NCBI GenBank assembly: GCA_000025185.1
Contig: CP001848.1
Coordinates: 6,150,001 to 6,182,000 of the forward strand
Direction: 5' to 3'
Source: Pirellula staleyi DSM 6068
GTDB lineage: Bacteria; Planctomycetota; Planctomycetia; Pirellulales; Pirellulaceae
DNA: 32,000 nt
Shown: positions 8,353-17,358 of the stretch, in pieces
How the letters are laid out: each line of letters starts with the position of its first letter
How positions within the stretch are numbered: position 1 is the first letter of the stretch
Notes under the pieces: model-generated
What the model saw: only the letters and a program-made list of their open reading frames with translations
Databases searched by the model: none
Told to the model about the DNA's origin: nothing
Program-made: the position numbers and the translations under genes

Positions 8353-8391
8353 AAAACGTCGCCGAGCCTCAAAACTCGCGCGACGTTTTTT
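8353..8391 (+). terminator. Rho-independent terminator (second of two hairpins after the 7919 gene)
   Basis: A perfect 10 bp stem pairs aaaacgtcgc (8353-8362) with gcgacgtttt (8380-8389) and runs into a T tract. An imperfect hairpin precedes it at about 8312-8341. Confidence 0.7.
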
Positions 8392-8493
8392 ATTGCGCGC
8401 ACCTTTCGCCAGAGTTACTTGGTCGATCGTCGCGACGGTTCTGGTAGCACATAGTCAAGCCCCGCGCTATTCAAAGATCGATCGACGTGCTTT

Positions 8494-8991
8494 ATGTCGC
8501 GACAATTCTCGCTGACAAGCTTACTGGCAATCATGCTGGGATGTTGCATCGTCTTCGCGATGTGGGGACAAGCAGGAAGTGTGACCGCTACTCTCTTCAC
8601 GGCCCCTCTGCCATTTGTGATCGGAGCACTCTGCTATACCCATCGCGCCGAAGATTCCTCCACCATGCAATGCATCTTTGAAGATGCATTTCTGGGCATT
8701 CGCAGCGGAGCTATCGGCGGTGTCGTGGGACTGTTTGTAATCCTCGAAGTGATGTTGGCTGTTTGGTGCTGGGGTAACTGTTCGCCCGCCTTGCCAATCT
8801 TCGTGATGCTGACTCCCATCGCCCTGCTATTCTCGATTTTTGTAGGCATCTATCCAGGGTTCGTGGCCGGACTCGATGTCGGCAAGCTTTGGGGAATGGC
8901 GAGGTACCTGACCCATCGATCGCGCCCTGCACTCGCAGCGACACCAGCAAACGCATCGCTGTCGGAGATTTCGCGTGCCTCAGGCTGTTAG
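8494..8991 (+). CDS. Hypothetical multi-pass membrane protein
   Basis: The ORF starts at ATG 8494 and is 165 aa long. It has four or five hydrophobic segments, for example SLLAIMLGCCIVFAMW, IGGVVGLFVILEVMLAVWCW and IFVMLTPIALLFSIFVGIYPGFVAG. I recognise no family. Confidence 0.5.
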   Translation: MSRQFSLTSLLAIMLGCCIVFAMWGQAGSVTATLFTAPLPFVIGALCYTHRAEDSSTMQCIFEDAFLGIRSGAIGGVVGLFVILEVMLAVWCWGNCSPALPIFVMLTPIALLFSIFVGIYPGFVAGLDVGKLWGMARYLTHRSRPALAATPANASLSEISRASGC

Positions 8992-9156
8992 CTGGCATCG
9001 GCCAGCGTAACTCTCTTGCAGATTTGCCCTTGAGTCATCCATGGGGCGTTTGGTAATAGGCCAAGGTGGAAGTGGGCTCGGCTGTTTGAGTAAGCTGGCC
9101 CGAATCAATCTGCTAGCAGTCGCGCCCCGCAGCGTGCTGCCAGAAGGACCTTTACC

Positions 9157-9945
9157 GTGAAACACTCCTCGACCATCGCCACTTGTAGTCCGCAACACCG
9201 CTGGCCTCGGCAACGTACGGCGCTGCTGCTCATGGCAAGCGTGATCATCAGTTCGCTCGCCACCTCGCTGGGCTGTGGACAAGTGGCCCGCTTTCGCAAT
9301 GTCGAAGGGGTAAACTACTTCCAGCAAGGGAACTACCAAGCTGCGCAAAAGCAGTTCCAGTCGGCACTTGCAGCGAACCCTCGATCCCCCGACGCCTACT
9401 ACAACCTGGCTGCGGTCTATCACAAACAGGGGCTCTCTACTCGCAACCAGAACGACCTGGCCCAAGCGGAATCGCTCTACCGTCAGTGCCTCGACTTCAA
9501 CCCCAACCATGTCGACTGCCATCGCGGTTTGGCCGTGCTGCTGACCGAAACAGGCCGTGCCGATCTCGCCTTCACCGAAATGAAGAACTGGAGCATCGCC
9601 AACCCGGGTCTCTCTGACGCAAGAGTTGAACTTGCAAGACTTTATGAAGAGTACGGCGACAATCGTTCGGCTGAGCAAATCCTCTACGAAGCCCAGGCAA
9701 TTGATATCAACAATTGGCGTGCCCACGCCGCGCTGGGGCGGATTAAGGAACAATCGGGAGATGTGCAGCAGGCGATCCTGAACTATCAGCGTGCCTACGC
9801 CCTGAACGGCAACCAGCCGCAGTTCCAAGAACGGATTGCCATGCTTCAGCAGCGTGCTCCCGGTGTATTTCCCACCCCTGGAGCGACCTCCCCGATCCCC
9901 GGTGTCCGCTCCGCGACCAGTCCGCGGCCGCAAATGAAGTACTAA
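9157..9945 (+). CDS. TPR-repeat lipoprotein
   Basis: GTG 9157 sits 8 nt after GAAGGA. The signal peptide with lipobox reads RQRTALLLMASVIISSLATSLGC. Several TPR units follow, for example GNYQAAQKQFQSALAANPRSPDAYYNLAAVYHKQG. Confidence 0.75.
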   Translation: MKHSSTIATCSPQHRWPRQRTALLLMASVIISSLATSLGCGQVARFRNVEGVNYFQQGNYQAAQKQFQSALAANPRSPDAYYNLAAVYHKQGLSTRNQNDLAQAESLYRQCLDFNPNHVDCHRGLAVLLTETGRADLAFTEMKNWSIANPGLSDARVELARLYEEYGDNRSAEQILYEAQAIDINNWRAHAALGRIKEQSGDVQQAILNYQRAYALNGNQPQFQERIAMLQQRAPGVFPTPGATSPIPGVRSATSPRPQMKY

Positions 9946-10365
9946 GAGCCGACCAATCGCTCGGGAAGGCTGCCAGCTACGCTCCAGAGCGGTCCGCTCG
10001 CTTCGAGCCAGCCGAAACTAACCACGCCTTGCGCCAGCCACCCCGAAGAGCTCCCTGGCACTTTGCCCCAGAAAGTCGGGTTCCGAGCGGCTGGGCGTGC
10101 AGCACAGCCTGCATGCACTTTGTGCGGAGGTATGCGGTAAACTCTCCCCCATTCGTTCTTTTCTTGCACCACGAACGTCTTTTCCCCGGCGGTTGTCACT
10201 CTCTGGATCGTAGCGCGGCCTACCGCGCCGTAGCCACGCTGCTTACAATCAGCCCCTTCGATTTCTTCCTAATCTCGCTTTCGACAGGCTCGCTGCGGCT
10301 CCTCCACCACCTCGGGGGTCGGCTGCACTGCTGAGCCGCGAACGCCCGTTTGCTCGAGGTCTGGC

Positions 10366-11472
10366 ATGTCGACCACCGTTGCTCAAGAACGCGTATACAA
10401 CTTCTCCCCTGGCCCAGCCGTTCTGCCGGTTTCGGTCCTGCAGCAAGCCCAGCGCGACTTGATGTGCCTGCCGGGCTATGGGATGAGCATCCTCGAGATG
10501 AGCCACCGCGCTCCAGGCTTTCTCGACATCCTGGCCGCTGCCAAGCATAACCTCAAAGAACTGCTCCGCATTCCGGACAACTACAAAATCATCTTCCTGC
10601 AAGGTGGCTCGCGACTGCAGTTTTCGATGATTCCGATGAACCTGCTGCGTGGTCAGTCGCAGCCTGCCGACTATTTGATTACGGGCAGCTGGAGCAAGAT
10701 GGCCCTCGACGAAGCGAAGCGCGAAGGTCTCGCCCGGGTCGCTTGGGACGGCAAGAGCACCAACTACGATCGCCTCCCAACCCTCGCCGATTGGCAGCCT
10801 AACAAAGACGCCCCCTACACCTATCTCTGCAGCAACGAGACGATCCAAGGGGTGCAGTTCGATACCGACTTCGACCTCAAGAGCCCGGTCGTGGCCGACT
10901 GCAGCAGCGACTTTTTGCATCGCCCGCTCGATGTCGCCAAGTATGGCCTGATCTATGCCTGTGCGCAAAAGAACGCTGGCCCAGCTGGTGTCACCGCGGT
11001 GATCATTCGCGAAGACCTGCTCGCTCGTTCGCAAGACAATCTGCCGGGCTACATGAACTACACCGGCCACGTGAAAGAAGACTCGCTCTACAACACACCA
11101 CCCACGTTTGCCATCTACCTGATGGGCCTCGTGCTCCGTTGGCTGAAGGACGATGTCGGCGGCCTTGAAAAGATGCATGCCTTCAATCAAGAAAAGGCCA
11201 AGCTGCTGTACGACGTGATCGACGGCAGCGGCGGCTACTTCAAGGGACACGCTCAGCCAGCCAATCGCTCGCTGATGAACGTCACGTTCCGTTTGCCCAG
11301 CGAAGACCTCGAAAAGAAGTTCTGCAAAGAAGGCGAAAAACGTGGCCTTGATGGCCTGAAGGGTCACCGCAGCGTGGGTGGCGTAAGGGCTTCGATCTAC
11401 AACGCCATGCCGCTTGAAGGTGTGAAACAGCTGGCCGAATTCATGAAGGAATTCCAGCAGCAAAACGGCTAG
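10366..11472 (+). CDS. serC: 3-phosphoserine aminotransferase
   Basis: The full-length protein has the typical SerC N-terminus, VYNFSPGPAVLPVSVLQQAQRDL ... GMSILEMSHRAPGF, and tail, HRSVGGVRASIYNAMPLEGVKQLAEFM. Confidence 0.95.
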   Translation: MSTTVAQERVYNFSPGPAVLPVSVLQQAQRDLMCLPGYGMSILEMSHRAPGFLDILAAAKHNLKELLRIPDNYKIIFLQGGSRLQFSMIPMNLLRGQSQPADYLITGSWSKMALDEAKREGLARVAWDGKSTNYDRLPTLADWQPNKDAPYTYLCSNETIQGVQFDTDFDLKSPVVADCSSDFLHRPLDVAKYGLIYACAQKNAGPAGVTAVIIREDLLARSQDNLPGYMNYTGHVKEDSLYNTPPTFAIYLMGLVLRWLKDDVGGLEKMHAFNQEKAKLLYDVIDGSGGYFKGHAQPANRSLMNVTFRLPSEDLEKKFCKEGEKRGLDGLKGHRSVGGVRASIYNAMPLEGVKQLAEFMKEFQQQNG

Positions 11473-11594
11473 TCGATCTTCGACTGGCTGCTCGTTTTGA
11501 AGCGTGATTTTTGTTCGTCGCGTCGATTTCGCTTAGGGCGATTCGGCGATCTCCCCGCTACGAAGCTAACAGATTAGCAAGAGTGTTTTGGACT

Positions 11595-13223
11595 ATGGCA
11601 CGCATCCTCATTCTCGATCCGATTGCACAAGAAGGTTTGGATATGCTCGCTGCCGCTCCCGGCATTGAGTACGAGGTGCGCACAGGTCTGAAGGGCGAAG
11701 AGCTCAAGAAGTCGCTGGCTGAATTCGACGGCGCGATCTGCCGCAGCGGTGTCACCATCACTGCGGAATCGCTCGAAGGTAATCGCCGTATGCGAGCCAT
11801 CGCTCGCGCGGGTGTCGGCACCGACAACATCGACAAAAACGCTGCGACGCGACTCGGTATCGTGGTGATGAACACCCCGACGGGCAATACACTCAGCACC
11901 GCGGAGCACACCTTCACGCTGATGCTCGCCCTCTCGCGCCGCGTGGCCGAGGCCTATCACAAACTGATCGGCGGCAAGTGGGATCGCAAGACGTTCATGG
12001 GAACGCAGCTGGCCGACAAAACGCTCGGCATCGTAGGCCTGGGACGAATCGGCCAAGAGGTCGCCAAGCGAGCGATCGCCTTCCAGATGAAGGTGCTCGG
12101 CTTCGACCCGTTTCTTTCGACCGAGCAAGCCGCCAAGCTGGGGATCGAGCGCGTTGAAACCGTGCAAGAGATGCTGCCACGCGTCGACTACCTCACCGTC
12201 CACACGCCTCTCACGCCTGAGACCACCAACCTCGTTGGTTTCCCTGAACTAGAAGTCCTCAAGCCGGGCGTGCGACTGATCAACTGCGCTCGTGGTGGTA
12301 TCTACAACGAAGATGCCCTCGTCGAAGGTTTGAAGACCGGCAAGATCGGCGGCGTCGCGCTCGATGTGTTCGTGACCGAGCCTTGCGACAAGCATCCGAT
12401 CTACGGCATGCCGAATGTGCTCTGCACGCCTCACCTTGGCGCGAGTACCGAAGAAGCACAGCAGCAAGTTGCCATCGAAGCGGTTCAGCTGCTGATCAAC
12501 TTCTTCACCACCGGCGAAGTGCGCCATGCGGTGAACATGGCCTCGGTCGATCCGAAGACCCTCGCCTCGATCAAGGGCTACTTGGATCTGGCCTATCGCC
12601 TCGGCGTGCTGCTGGCGCAGTGTCAGCCTGGCGGCACCAGCGCGTGCCATCTGACCTATCGTGGCGAGCTGACGCAAAAGAACACCAAGATGCTCACCGC
12701 TGCGTTCTGCGCGGGGCTCTTGGACCGGGCACTCGAAGAAGATGTGAACATCGTCAACGCCGAGATCCTGCTGAAAGAACGGGGCATTCAGCTGACGCAA
12801 GAATCACGCAGCGATATGGGGGCGTTTAGCAGTTCGATGACCGCGGAAGTGCACGGCAGCAGCGGCTCGCAAGTCGCCGCCGCTACGCTGTTTGGCAACA
12901 ACATGCCGCGTCTGATTCGCCTGGGAGACTATCGCCTCGAAGCCTATCTCGACGGCAACCTGCTGATCTTTACGCATCACGATGTGCCAGGCATCATCGG
13001 CGCCGTGGGAACGATCTTTGGCAATCACAAGGTGAACATTGGCCAGATGTCGGTCGGCCGCGCGGGAATCATTCCTGGTGGCGGCGCCGTCGGCGTACTG
13101 AACCTCGACAACGTGCCCCCTCAAGCCGCCATCGACGAAGTGCAGCAGCACCCCGACATCCAAAGCGTTAAGATCATCGAACTTCCCCCCGCCGGCCAAT
13201 TGCCTCCTTGGCTGCAAGGCTAG
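11595..13223 (+). CDS. serA: D-3-phosphoglycerate dehydrogenase, long form with C-terminal regulatory (ACT-type) region
   Basis: ATG 11595 opens MARILILDPIAQEGLDML. The NAD-binding motif is GIVGLGRIGQEVAKRA and the catalytic region is NCARGGIYNEDAL ... TPHLGASTEEAQ. It lies directly downstream of serC. Confidence 0.95.
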   Translation: MARILILDPIAQEGLDMLAAAPGIEYEVRTGLKGEELKKSLAEFDGAICRSGVTITAESLEGNRRMRAIARAGVGTDNIDKNAATRLGIVVMNTPTGNTLSTAEHTFTLMLALSRRVAEAYHKLIGGKWDRKTFMGTQLADKTLGIVGLGRIGQEVAKRAIAFQMKVLGFDPFLSTEQAAKLGIERVETVQEMLPRVDYLTVHTPLTPETTNLVGFPELEVLKPGVRLINCARGGIYNEDALVEGLKTGKIGGVALDVFVTEPCDKHPIYGMPNVLCTPHLGASTEEAQQQVAIEAVQLLINFFTTGEVRHAVNMASVDPKTLASIKGYLDLAYRLGVLLAQCQPGGTSACHLTYRGELTQKNTKMLTAAFCAGLLDRALEEDVNIVNAEILLKERGIQLTQESRSDMGAFSSSMTAEVHGSSGSQVAAATLFGNNMPRLIRLGDYRLEAYLDGNLLIFTHHDVPGIIGAVGTIFGNHKVNIGQMSVGRAGIIPGGGAVGVLNLDNVPPQAAIDEVQQHPDIQSVKIIELPPAGQLPPWLQG

Positions 13224-13412
13224 TGCGCGAGGCCAGCGGAACTCAGAATTGCAACATGTATGGGTGGCCCGACCTACGAAGTGGTCGGGTGATGAAAGTA
13301 TAGGAAGCTCTCGTCGTTGGTTAAAATCATGCTCGCGGTCGCTGAGAACTTTCTTTTTCGGCTGCGAGCCACATCCGCTCCATGTAACGTTGTACCTAAA
13401 GTCCCAAATTCC

Positions 13413-14243
13413 ATGTCGCTTCCACAATTCCGAAATGAAGACGAGTTTCGCAAGCTCTGGATAGCCCCATTTCTTTCAAAGATGGGGTTTATACTCCCCA
13501 AAAACACGCACGGACCCGACGAACAAGGCAAGGATTTTATTTTTGCTGACTATGATCGCTTTGGTCACTTGAGGTTCCTGGCAGCGCAAGTCAAGCTTGG
13601 CGACATCACCACAACGAGAAACGCTGTAGAGCCGCTTTTGAGTCAGATAAAGCGGTGTTTGACCGTAACCATCAAGTACCACAAAGAAGCAGAAAACAAG
13701 AAAGTTTCGGCTGTATATGTGATGGCATCTGGAAGAATCACCTCGAACGCGAGAGAACATATCGCTGATGCGTTGCGACAGGAACAATATGGCGAGAACG
13801 TTTACTTCCTCGACGGAGATCAACTATTTCGCCAGGATCGATATTCGACATATAATGAAGACAAGGCCATTCGTGAAAGAATACTTGCCTTTCAGCTCGA
13901 ATTGGAGTTCAACGCCAAGACCATTCTGTTTAGCCGAAAAGAACTCTCAAATGGCGGTGTGAATCTCATACCATTTCAATTGACAGCACTTAGTGATGTC
14001 CTAGCTTCGCCTATAACGTTCTCTGAGATCTCCAGATTAGAGTCCAACAAACTTTGGTACTACTATCAGGAGCTAAACCGCATTTTCAGCACCCGAGACT
14101 TTTCCACCCCAACTATCGAACTAGTAGATGACATTGCGGTCTACGCAAATTATGCAGAGGTAACAATCGAATTGCTTCTCACTCAATGCAGCAAGATGCT
14201 AACTAGCATTGACGCAAAGTACGACCTTTACATCGAACACTAA
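13413..14243 (+). CDS. Orphan restriction-endonuclease-like (Mrr-cat type PD-(D/E)xK) protein with an unassigned helical C-terminal domain
   Basis: ATG 13413 is the preferred start; ATG 13329 and TTG 13317 are alternatives. The N-terminal pattern EDEFRKLWIAPFLSKMGF ... GPDEQGKDFIF-x14-AAQVK ... VYVMASGRITSNAREHI ... VYFLDGDQL matches the Mrr catalytic-domain layout (D-x17-Q-x-K). Four hand-counted 60 nt blocks inside the gene gave 27-32 G+C. One block each in flanking serA and the regulator gene gave 33 and 36. Confidence 0.6.
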   Translation: MSLPQFRNEDEFRKLWIAPFLSKMGFILPKNTHGPDEQGKDFIFADYDRFGHLRFLAAQVKLGDITTTRNAVEPLLSQIKRCLTVTIKYHKEAENKKVSAVYVMASGRITSNAREHIADALRQEQYGENVYFLDGDQLFRQDRYSTYNEDKAIRERILAFQLELEFNAKTILFSRKELSNGGVNLIPFQLTALSDVLASPITFSEISRLESNKLWYYYQELNRIFSTRDFSTPTIELVDDIAVYANYAEVTIELLLTQCSKMLTSIDAKYDLYIEH

Positions 14244-14244
14244 G

Positions 14245-14271
14245 TTTGTCGGCTACGCTGTAGCCGACAAA
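14245..14271. repeat. Palindromic hairpin element, copy 1 (likely terminator of the 13413 gene)
   Basis: A perfect 12 bp stem pairs tttgtcggctac with gtagccgacaaa around a 3 nt loop, starting 2 nt after the stop codon. Its core GTCGGCTA/TAGCCGAC is shared with copy 2. Confidence 0.7.
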
Positions 14272-14387
14272 GAACACGCACTCCAATTGCAGCAGCTCGT
14301 GATGGGCGCGAGGAGTATGGGGTGGTTTTGTGTGCAGCGCGAGTGCGTCAACGAGCCTATCGGATGGTGAGTGAGAATTGACCACTG

Positions 14388-14415
14388 AAAGAGTGTCGGC
14401 TACTCTTTAGCCGAC
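14388..14415. repeat. Palindromic hairpin element, copy 2 (between the convergent genes)
   Basis: The stem pairs gtcggcta (14395-14402) with tagccgac (14408-14415). A mutually exclusive alternative pairs aaagagt (14388-14394) with actcttt (14402-14408). Confidence 0.6.
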
Positions 14416-14468
14416 CTAGAATTAGCCCTCTTCTCCCGCCTCTCGCCTCTTCCTCTCTGGCCCCTGCT

Positions 14469-15842
14469 CTACCGGCCAGGCTGTTTATCGAGGCCAAGGC
14501 GTTTCATCTTTTTGTAGAGCGTGGTGCGGTTGATTCCCAGGGCGTCGGCGGTGGCGTTGCGATTCCACTGATGCATCTCGAGCACGTCGAGAATGATCGC
14601 TCGCTCGGGACTTTCGAGTGCTTCTTTGAGCGCCTTGTTTCCAACGGGGTCGATCGACACGATCTGTCCCGAAGCGATGGCGGGTGTGAGATCTTCCACT
14701 TGCACTTTGGGGCCACGACCCAGCAGCACGGCGCGTTCGACTACGTTTTGCAGTTCACGTACGTTGCCGGGCCAGTTGTAGCGCTGCATGGCGGTAATCA
14801 CGTCGTCGGAAAAGCCTTGCGAGCGTTTGCCCGACTCTTCACAAGTGCGCTGTAAAAAGTGATTGGCCAAGAGTGGAATATCGGCGATGCGTTCGCGTAG
14901 TGGTGGCACTTCGATGTTGATCACATTCACGCGGTAGTACAAATCCTGCCGGAACCGGCCAGCTGCTACCGCTTGCTCGAGCTTCTCGTTCGTCGCGAGA
15001 ATCACGCGTGTATCGACGCGCTGCGTCTTCGTGCTACCAACGGGCTCGAACTCGAGCTCTTGCAGCACACGCAGCAATTTGACTTGCAGGCTGGCTGAAG
15101 CGGTGCCGATTTCGTCGAGGAAGATGGTTCCCTTATCGGCCTGCGTGAACTTGCCGATCTTGTCGCCCGTGGCGCCGGTGAACGATCCGGCAGCATGACC
15201 GAACAGTTCGCTTTCGAGGAGCGATTCGGGCATCGCGCCGCAGGCGACTTCTACGAATGCCTGATCGCGACGACTGCCGCGCCGATGAATGGCGCGAGCC
15301 AGCAGCGATTTGCCCGTTCCACTTTCGCCGGTGATCAGCACCGTGGCGCGGGTGTCGGCAATGCGTTCGACCATGTCGAACACTTTTTGCATGCGGTGTT
15401 CGTGACCGACGATGTTCTCGAGCCCGAAGCGGAGATCGAGTTGGGCCTTCAGCTGAACGTTCTCTTCGACCACCTTGCGCTGCGACAGAGCGCGCTCGAT
15501 CGAGAGGAGCAATTCTTCGTCGATGAGTGGTTTGGTGAGCAGGTCGAACGCCCCGGCGCGAAGCGCTTCGATGGCGGTGTCGACGGTGCCGTAGCCGGTG
15601 AGGAGAATTACCGACTGTTCGGGGCGATTTTTTCGACTGAACGCCAGGACGTCGAAGCCGTCGCCGTCGTCGAGACGGATATCAGAAAGGACGATATCGA
15701 ATGCGCGATCGCGCATTTTGGCAATCGCTTCTTGGCAACTGGCAGCGGTTTCGACCTCCACATGCTGCTCGCGCAGCCAGAGCGCCATGCTTTCGAGCAG
15801 GTGTCGATCGTCGTCTACAAGCAAAATCGTGCTGTTCTTCAT
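14469..15842 (-). CDS. Sigma-54-dependent response regulator (NtrC/Fis family: REC + AAA+ + HTH)
   Basis: The start at 15842 ([12 protein letters not shown]) is preceded by GAGGA; ATG 15851 is the alternative. The protein has a REC domain, Walker A (GESGTGKS), ESELFGH, the sigma-54 contact loop in the variant form GSFTGA, and a C-terminal Fis-type HTH ([24 protein letters not shown]). Confidence 0.9.
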   Translation of the reverse strand: MKNSTILLVDDDRHLLESMALWLREQHVEVETAASCQEAIAKMRDRAFDIVLSDIRLDDGDGFDVLAFSRKNRPEQSVILLTGYGTVDTAIEALRAGAFDLLTKPLIDEELLLSIERALSQRKVVEENVQLKAQLDLRFGLENIVGHEHRMQKVFDMVERIADTRATVLITGESGTGKSLLARAIHRRGSRRDQAFVEVACGAMPESLLESELFGHAAGSFTGATGDKIGKFTQADKGTIFLDEIGTASASLQVKLLRVLQELEFEPVGSTKTQRVDTRVILATNEKLEQAVAAGRFRQDLYYRVNVINIEVPPLRERIADIPLLANHFLQRTCEESGKRSQGFSDDVITAMQRYNWPGNVRELQNVVERAVLLGRGPKVQVEDLTPAIASGQIVSIDPVGNKALKEALESPERAIILDVLEMHQWNRNATADALGINRTTLYKKMKRLGLDKQPGR

Positions 15843-16425
15843 CCGCCCCATCCTCAAGATTTCGTGGCTGGTCGTGGTCGAGCCAATACCTCCAGGGAGG
15901 TAGGGTTGCAAACCGGACCGATGTGCGGTACACCGCACCTATGGGTAGTAAGACCTTGGACTAAGCGAGGAGGTTGGAGGCCCCAAAATCGGGCGTAAAC
16001 CTCGCTTCGAAGCATGGTCGCGAGCTAGCAGGAACGATGTGGTGTTCCGCCAACGCGTGCTCCCTACGGTTTATCTACGTCGCCAAATCGCAACGTCAAT
16101 TGTGGGCGTGGAGATTGTGAAGATGCGCACTGGAGAGGCACTCGCAGCCCCCCTACGCGATGGGAGTTTGCGTACGCAAGGTCTTGTTGGGTCAATGCTT
16201 GCGGCAGATTGCGGTATAACGCAAATTATTACAACTGTCGTTTATAGGCTTGCCGAATCCCCTCGAAAGGCTAGGATATACGAGTCGACGTGAGCTTGAT
16301 TTCTCGGTCAGAAGTCACCTAGTTTACGAACGCAAGGATTTTTCATAAAATTCCGCAGTCGCTCTTTCGGAATACATGCATCACTGGTTCTTCATGGAAC
16401 CGAAGATGCAGTAGTACGAAGTGCA

Positions 16426-16470
16426 ATCAATTTTCATGGTGAAAATTGATACTCATCCAAGGTGGATGAG
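16426..16470 (+). promoter_or_regulatory. Two adjacent perfect inverted repeats just upstream of the LuxR-type regulator gene
   Basis: IR1 is atcaattttca-tgg-tgaaaattgat (16426-16450, 11 bp arms). IR2 is ctcatcca-agg-tggatgag (16452-16470, 8 bp arms). They lie 22-66 nt before ATG 16492. Whether they act as a protein operator or as 5' UTR hairpins is unknown. Confidence 0.4.
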
Positions 16471-16491
16471 GCGGAACACGAAAGGCATTCC

Positions 16492-17124
16492 ATGACAATT
16501 AGTTTGTTGGTCGCTGATGATCACGAAGTGGTGCGTGCCGGCGTTGCAGCGATGCTGCTAGGCTCGGACGTCAAAGTGATTGCCGAAGCTACCTCCGGCA
16601 ACCAGGCGATCGAACAAGCGATGAAGCTGCGCCCCGATGTGGTGCTGCTCGATGTCCGCTTGCCTGAAACCGATGGCCTGGAAGCGCTGGAGCGGATTCT
16701 CGATCGCTCGCCACAAACCAAAGTGGTGATGTTCACCGCTTACGATAACCCCACCTACATCGCCCGGGCTGTCGCCCTGGGAGCTGCTGGCTTCCTGATG
16801 AAGGGCTCGACGAAAGCCGATGTCCTCTCGGCCATTACGCGGGCTCACACCGGTCTTCCACCGGAAAATGAAAGCCTGATGGGTCGCGTCCGTAACACGA
16901 TGGCTCGCCGTCGCCCCACTTACGACGAAGAAATTCCACTCACCAACCGTGAAGTGCAGGTTCTTCGCCATGTGGCGCTCGGTTTGTCGAATCGCGAAAT
17001 CGGACGCTCGCTCGATATCAGCATCGAAACCGTGAAGGAACATGTGCAAAACATCCTTCGCAAACTCGAAGCTGGCGACCGCACTGAAGCCGCCGTCTGG
17101 GCCGTGAAGAAGGGCCTCGTTTAA
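16492..17124 (+). CDS. NarL/FixJ (LuxR) family response regulator
   Basis: ATG 16492 opens MTISLLVADDHEVVRAGV. The acceptor region is VVLLDVRLPETDG. The C-terminal LuxR HTH reads LTNREVQVLRHVALGLSNREIGRSLDISIETVKEHVQNILRKL. Confidence 0.9.
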   Translation: MTISLLVADDHEVVRAGVAAMLLGSDVKVIAEATSGNQAIEQAMKLRPDVVLLDVRLPETDGLEALERILDRSPQTKVVMFTAYDNPTYIARAVALGAAGFLMKGSTKADVLSAITRAHTGLPPENESLMGRVRNTMARRRPTYDEEIPLTNREVQVLRHVALGLSNREIGRSLDISIETVKEHVQNILRKLEAGDRTEAAVWAVKKGLV

Positions 17125-17241
17125 GTCGCTTGGGATTAGTTGTTAAGCCTGAGCCGTTCCTGATTTAGCAGGCACCTGACTGACGCTTCGGTACTGACCG
17201 CAGCAGACAATGCGGCGGCAAGCATCCGCCTCCTAATACTA

Positions 17242-17290
17242 AAAAGCCCTTGAGTAACTAGCGATTAGCTACGACTCGAGGGCTTTTTCT
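17242..17290 (+). terminator. Rho-independent terminator of the LuxR-type regulator gene
   Basis: The stem pairs aaaagcccttgag with ctcgagggctttt (one G-T pair), followed by a T-rich run. Confidence 0.7.
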
Positions 17291-17358
17291 TTTTCTTGCT
17301 CACTGCAGGTCCGCTCGCGCCAAAGCGGCGCTGATTCCGCAAGCTCTAGTCCCCGAAC

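Noticed and set aside
10249-11463. A 404 aa ORF on the minus strand, fully antisense to serC. Similar long antisense ORFs lie at 1267-2427, 4564-5739, 6547-7524, 8980-9933, 15195-15998, 18305-19264, 20801-21979, 22055-23155, 23889-24806 and 29457-30416.
   Set aside because: Each lies opposite a gene with unmistakable family motifs. Their translations are rich in Arg, His, Gly and Leu and carry no motifs. Such shadow ORFs are expected in high-GC DNA.
16039-16293. An 84 aa GTG-start ORF in the spacer between the two response-regulator genes.
   Set aside because: It uses codons that are rare elsewhere in this window (ATA, AGG, CTA). It has no ribosome-binding site and no recognisable motif, so it is most likely non-coding promoter DNA.
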